A DNA stretch of 64,000 nt from Mobula hypostoma (taxonomy: Eukaryota): assembly GCF_963921235.1 (NCBI RefSeq), contig NC_086097.1, positions 233,742,001 through 233,806,000 on the forward strand. The letters run 5' to 3'. Each line of letters opens with the position of its first letter. The stretch's first letter is position 1. The translations under genes were made by a program, and so were the position numbers. The notes beneath the pieces are model-generated. The model was not told where the DNA came from. It made no database searches and saw only the letters and a program-made list of their open reading frames with translations. This document shows positions 62,679-64,000 of this stretch, piece after piece.

Positions 62679-64000
62679 GGAATCCACAGAGAATGCTGGT
62701 TCATATGATGTGCTGAACTGTGTCCACAGCTCTCAGCAGTTTCTTGCAGTCATGTACAGAGTATTTGCCATTCCAAGCTATTATGCATTCAGACAGAACG
62801 CTTTCTATGGTGTATCAATAAAAAATAATCAGAGTTGATGGGGACATACTAAATATCTTTAACCTCCTGAGGAAGTAGAGGCTTTATTGACCATAACAGC
62901 AATGTACGTGTACCAGGACGGACGATTTTCACACCTAGGAACCCAAGCACTCAACCTCAACACTGTTGATTTAGACAGAAACGCCTGCCTTTTTGAAGTC
63001 AATGACCCGCTCATTTGTTTTGTTGAGATCGAAGGAAAGATTTTTGTCAGGACACCATGTCACTGAGCTCTCTCTCTCCTTCCTGTACTCCAACTAATCA
63101 TTATTTGAGATGCAGTAGTATCGTCTGCGATTTTGCTGCAGATGGACATAGATCTGAATCTGGTAATGCAGTCATGAATGCACAGGGAGTGGGGAAGGGG
63201 GTTGAGGACGCATCCTTGTGGAGCACCAGTGATTAGAATAATCATGGCAGAAATATTGGTGGATATCCTTAATAAAGGTAGTCTGTTGGTCAGAATGTCA
63301 AAGATCCCGTTGCAGAGGGAGGCATTAACTCCCAGCGTGCAGATTATGGTGATAAGTTAATAATATTGAAAGCAGAACTGTAGTCAATAAACAGTAGTGT
63401 GACATAGGTGGCTTTACTGTCCAGGTACTCCAGAGATGTGTGTAAGGTCAGGGAGATGGCATCTACTGTACAGCTGTTTCAATGGTAGGCAAATTTCAGT
63501 GAGTCAACATTGGCTAGGAGACTGGAATTGTTGAATGTCATGATCAGCCAATCAAAACAATGCATGATGCCAGATGTTAGTGACACCGGGTGGTAGTCAT
63601 TAAAGCACATGATATTGTTTTTTTATAGGCACTGGGATGATAGTGGTCTTAAATCAAGGGGGAACCAAAGCCTGAAGCAGGGAGAGATTAAAAATGTCTG
63701 TAAGTACCCTCAACAACTGATCTGTACAGGATCTATGGACTCGGTCGGGGCACCATCTGGGCCCAATGCTGTCTGTGGGTTCATACACCAGAAAACTGAT
63801 CTTAAGTCCGCTACAGTGATTGCAGATTCAGGTGCACTGAAGACTGAAAAAGTGGGTGGTGACATATTCATACCCTTTTGTTCAAGCCATGTAAAGAATG
63901 TGTTACACTCATCAAGAAAGGACCCGCTATTGCCAGCAATGCTGCTTACCTGTTGTAGTATATAAGCTGACAGCTAGACTGATACTTAATCTTGGACTGG

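Larger units (their letters stand above)
61965..63960 (-). mobile_element. Rex1/Babar LINE, decayed; host of the 62422-62678 insert
   Basis: Minus TGAPQGCVL.PL, KIADDT, LPSGRRYKS...RLQNSFYP.VIRLL. Confidence 0.8.

Noticed and set aside
1..64000. CRISPR arrays, prokaryotic operons, rRNA or true tRNA genes
   Set aside because: There are no regularly spaced repeat-spacer arrays or operon structure. The tRNA-like boxes occur only as SINE heads.

Overview
Eukaryotic, vertebrate, repeat-dominated intronic or intergenic DNA. It is most likely a cartilaginous fish (shark or ray), inferred from abundant CR1 LINEs, Rex1/Babar LINEs, V-domain (HE1-like) SINEs and Penelope-type repeats. No host protein-coding gene can be called confidently; nearly all ORFs in the track are transposon-derived. 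Main contents: many CR1 and Rex1/Babar fragments, often nested; three decayed Ty3/Gypsy elements; four solo LTRs with target-site duplications (TSDs); three Tc1-derived non-autonomous elements; several RTE-related SINE or bipartite elements; and Penelope fragments with minimal type I hammerhead motifs. There is also one apparently full-length I-clade (Nimb-like) LINE at 48401-53798, with a zinc-knuckle ORF1, an APE-RT-RNase H ORF2, a 14-bp TSD and a 3' stem-loop. The most striking observation is a 257-bp, highly structured insert (62422-62678) flanked by a ~62-bp duplication. It carries all hammerhead ribozyme core nucleotides with perfect 6-bp stems I and III, but the strands are in a non-circularly permuted (pseudoknotted) order. 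Boundaries of decayed repeats were estimated by eye.
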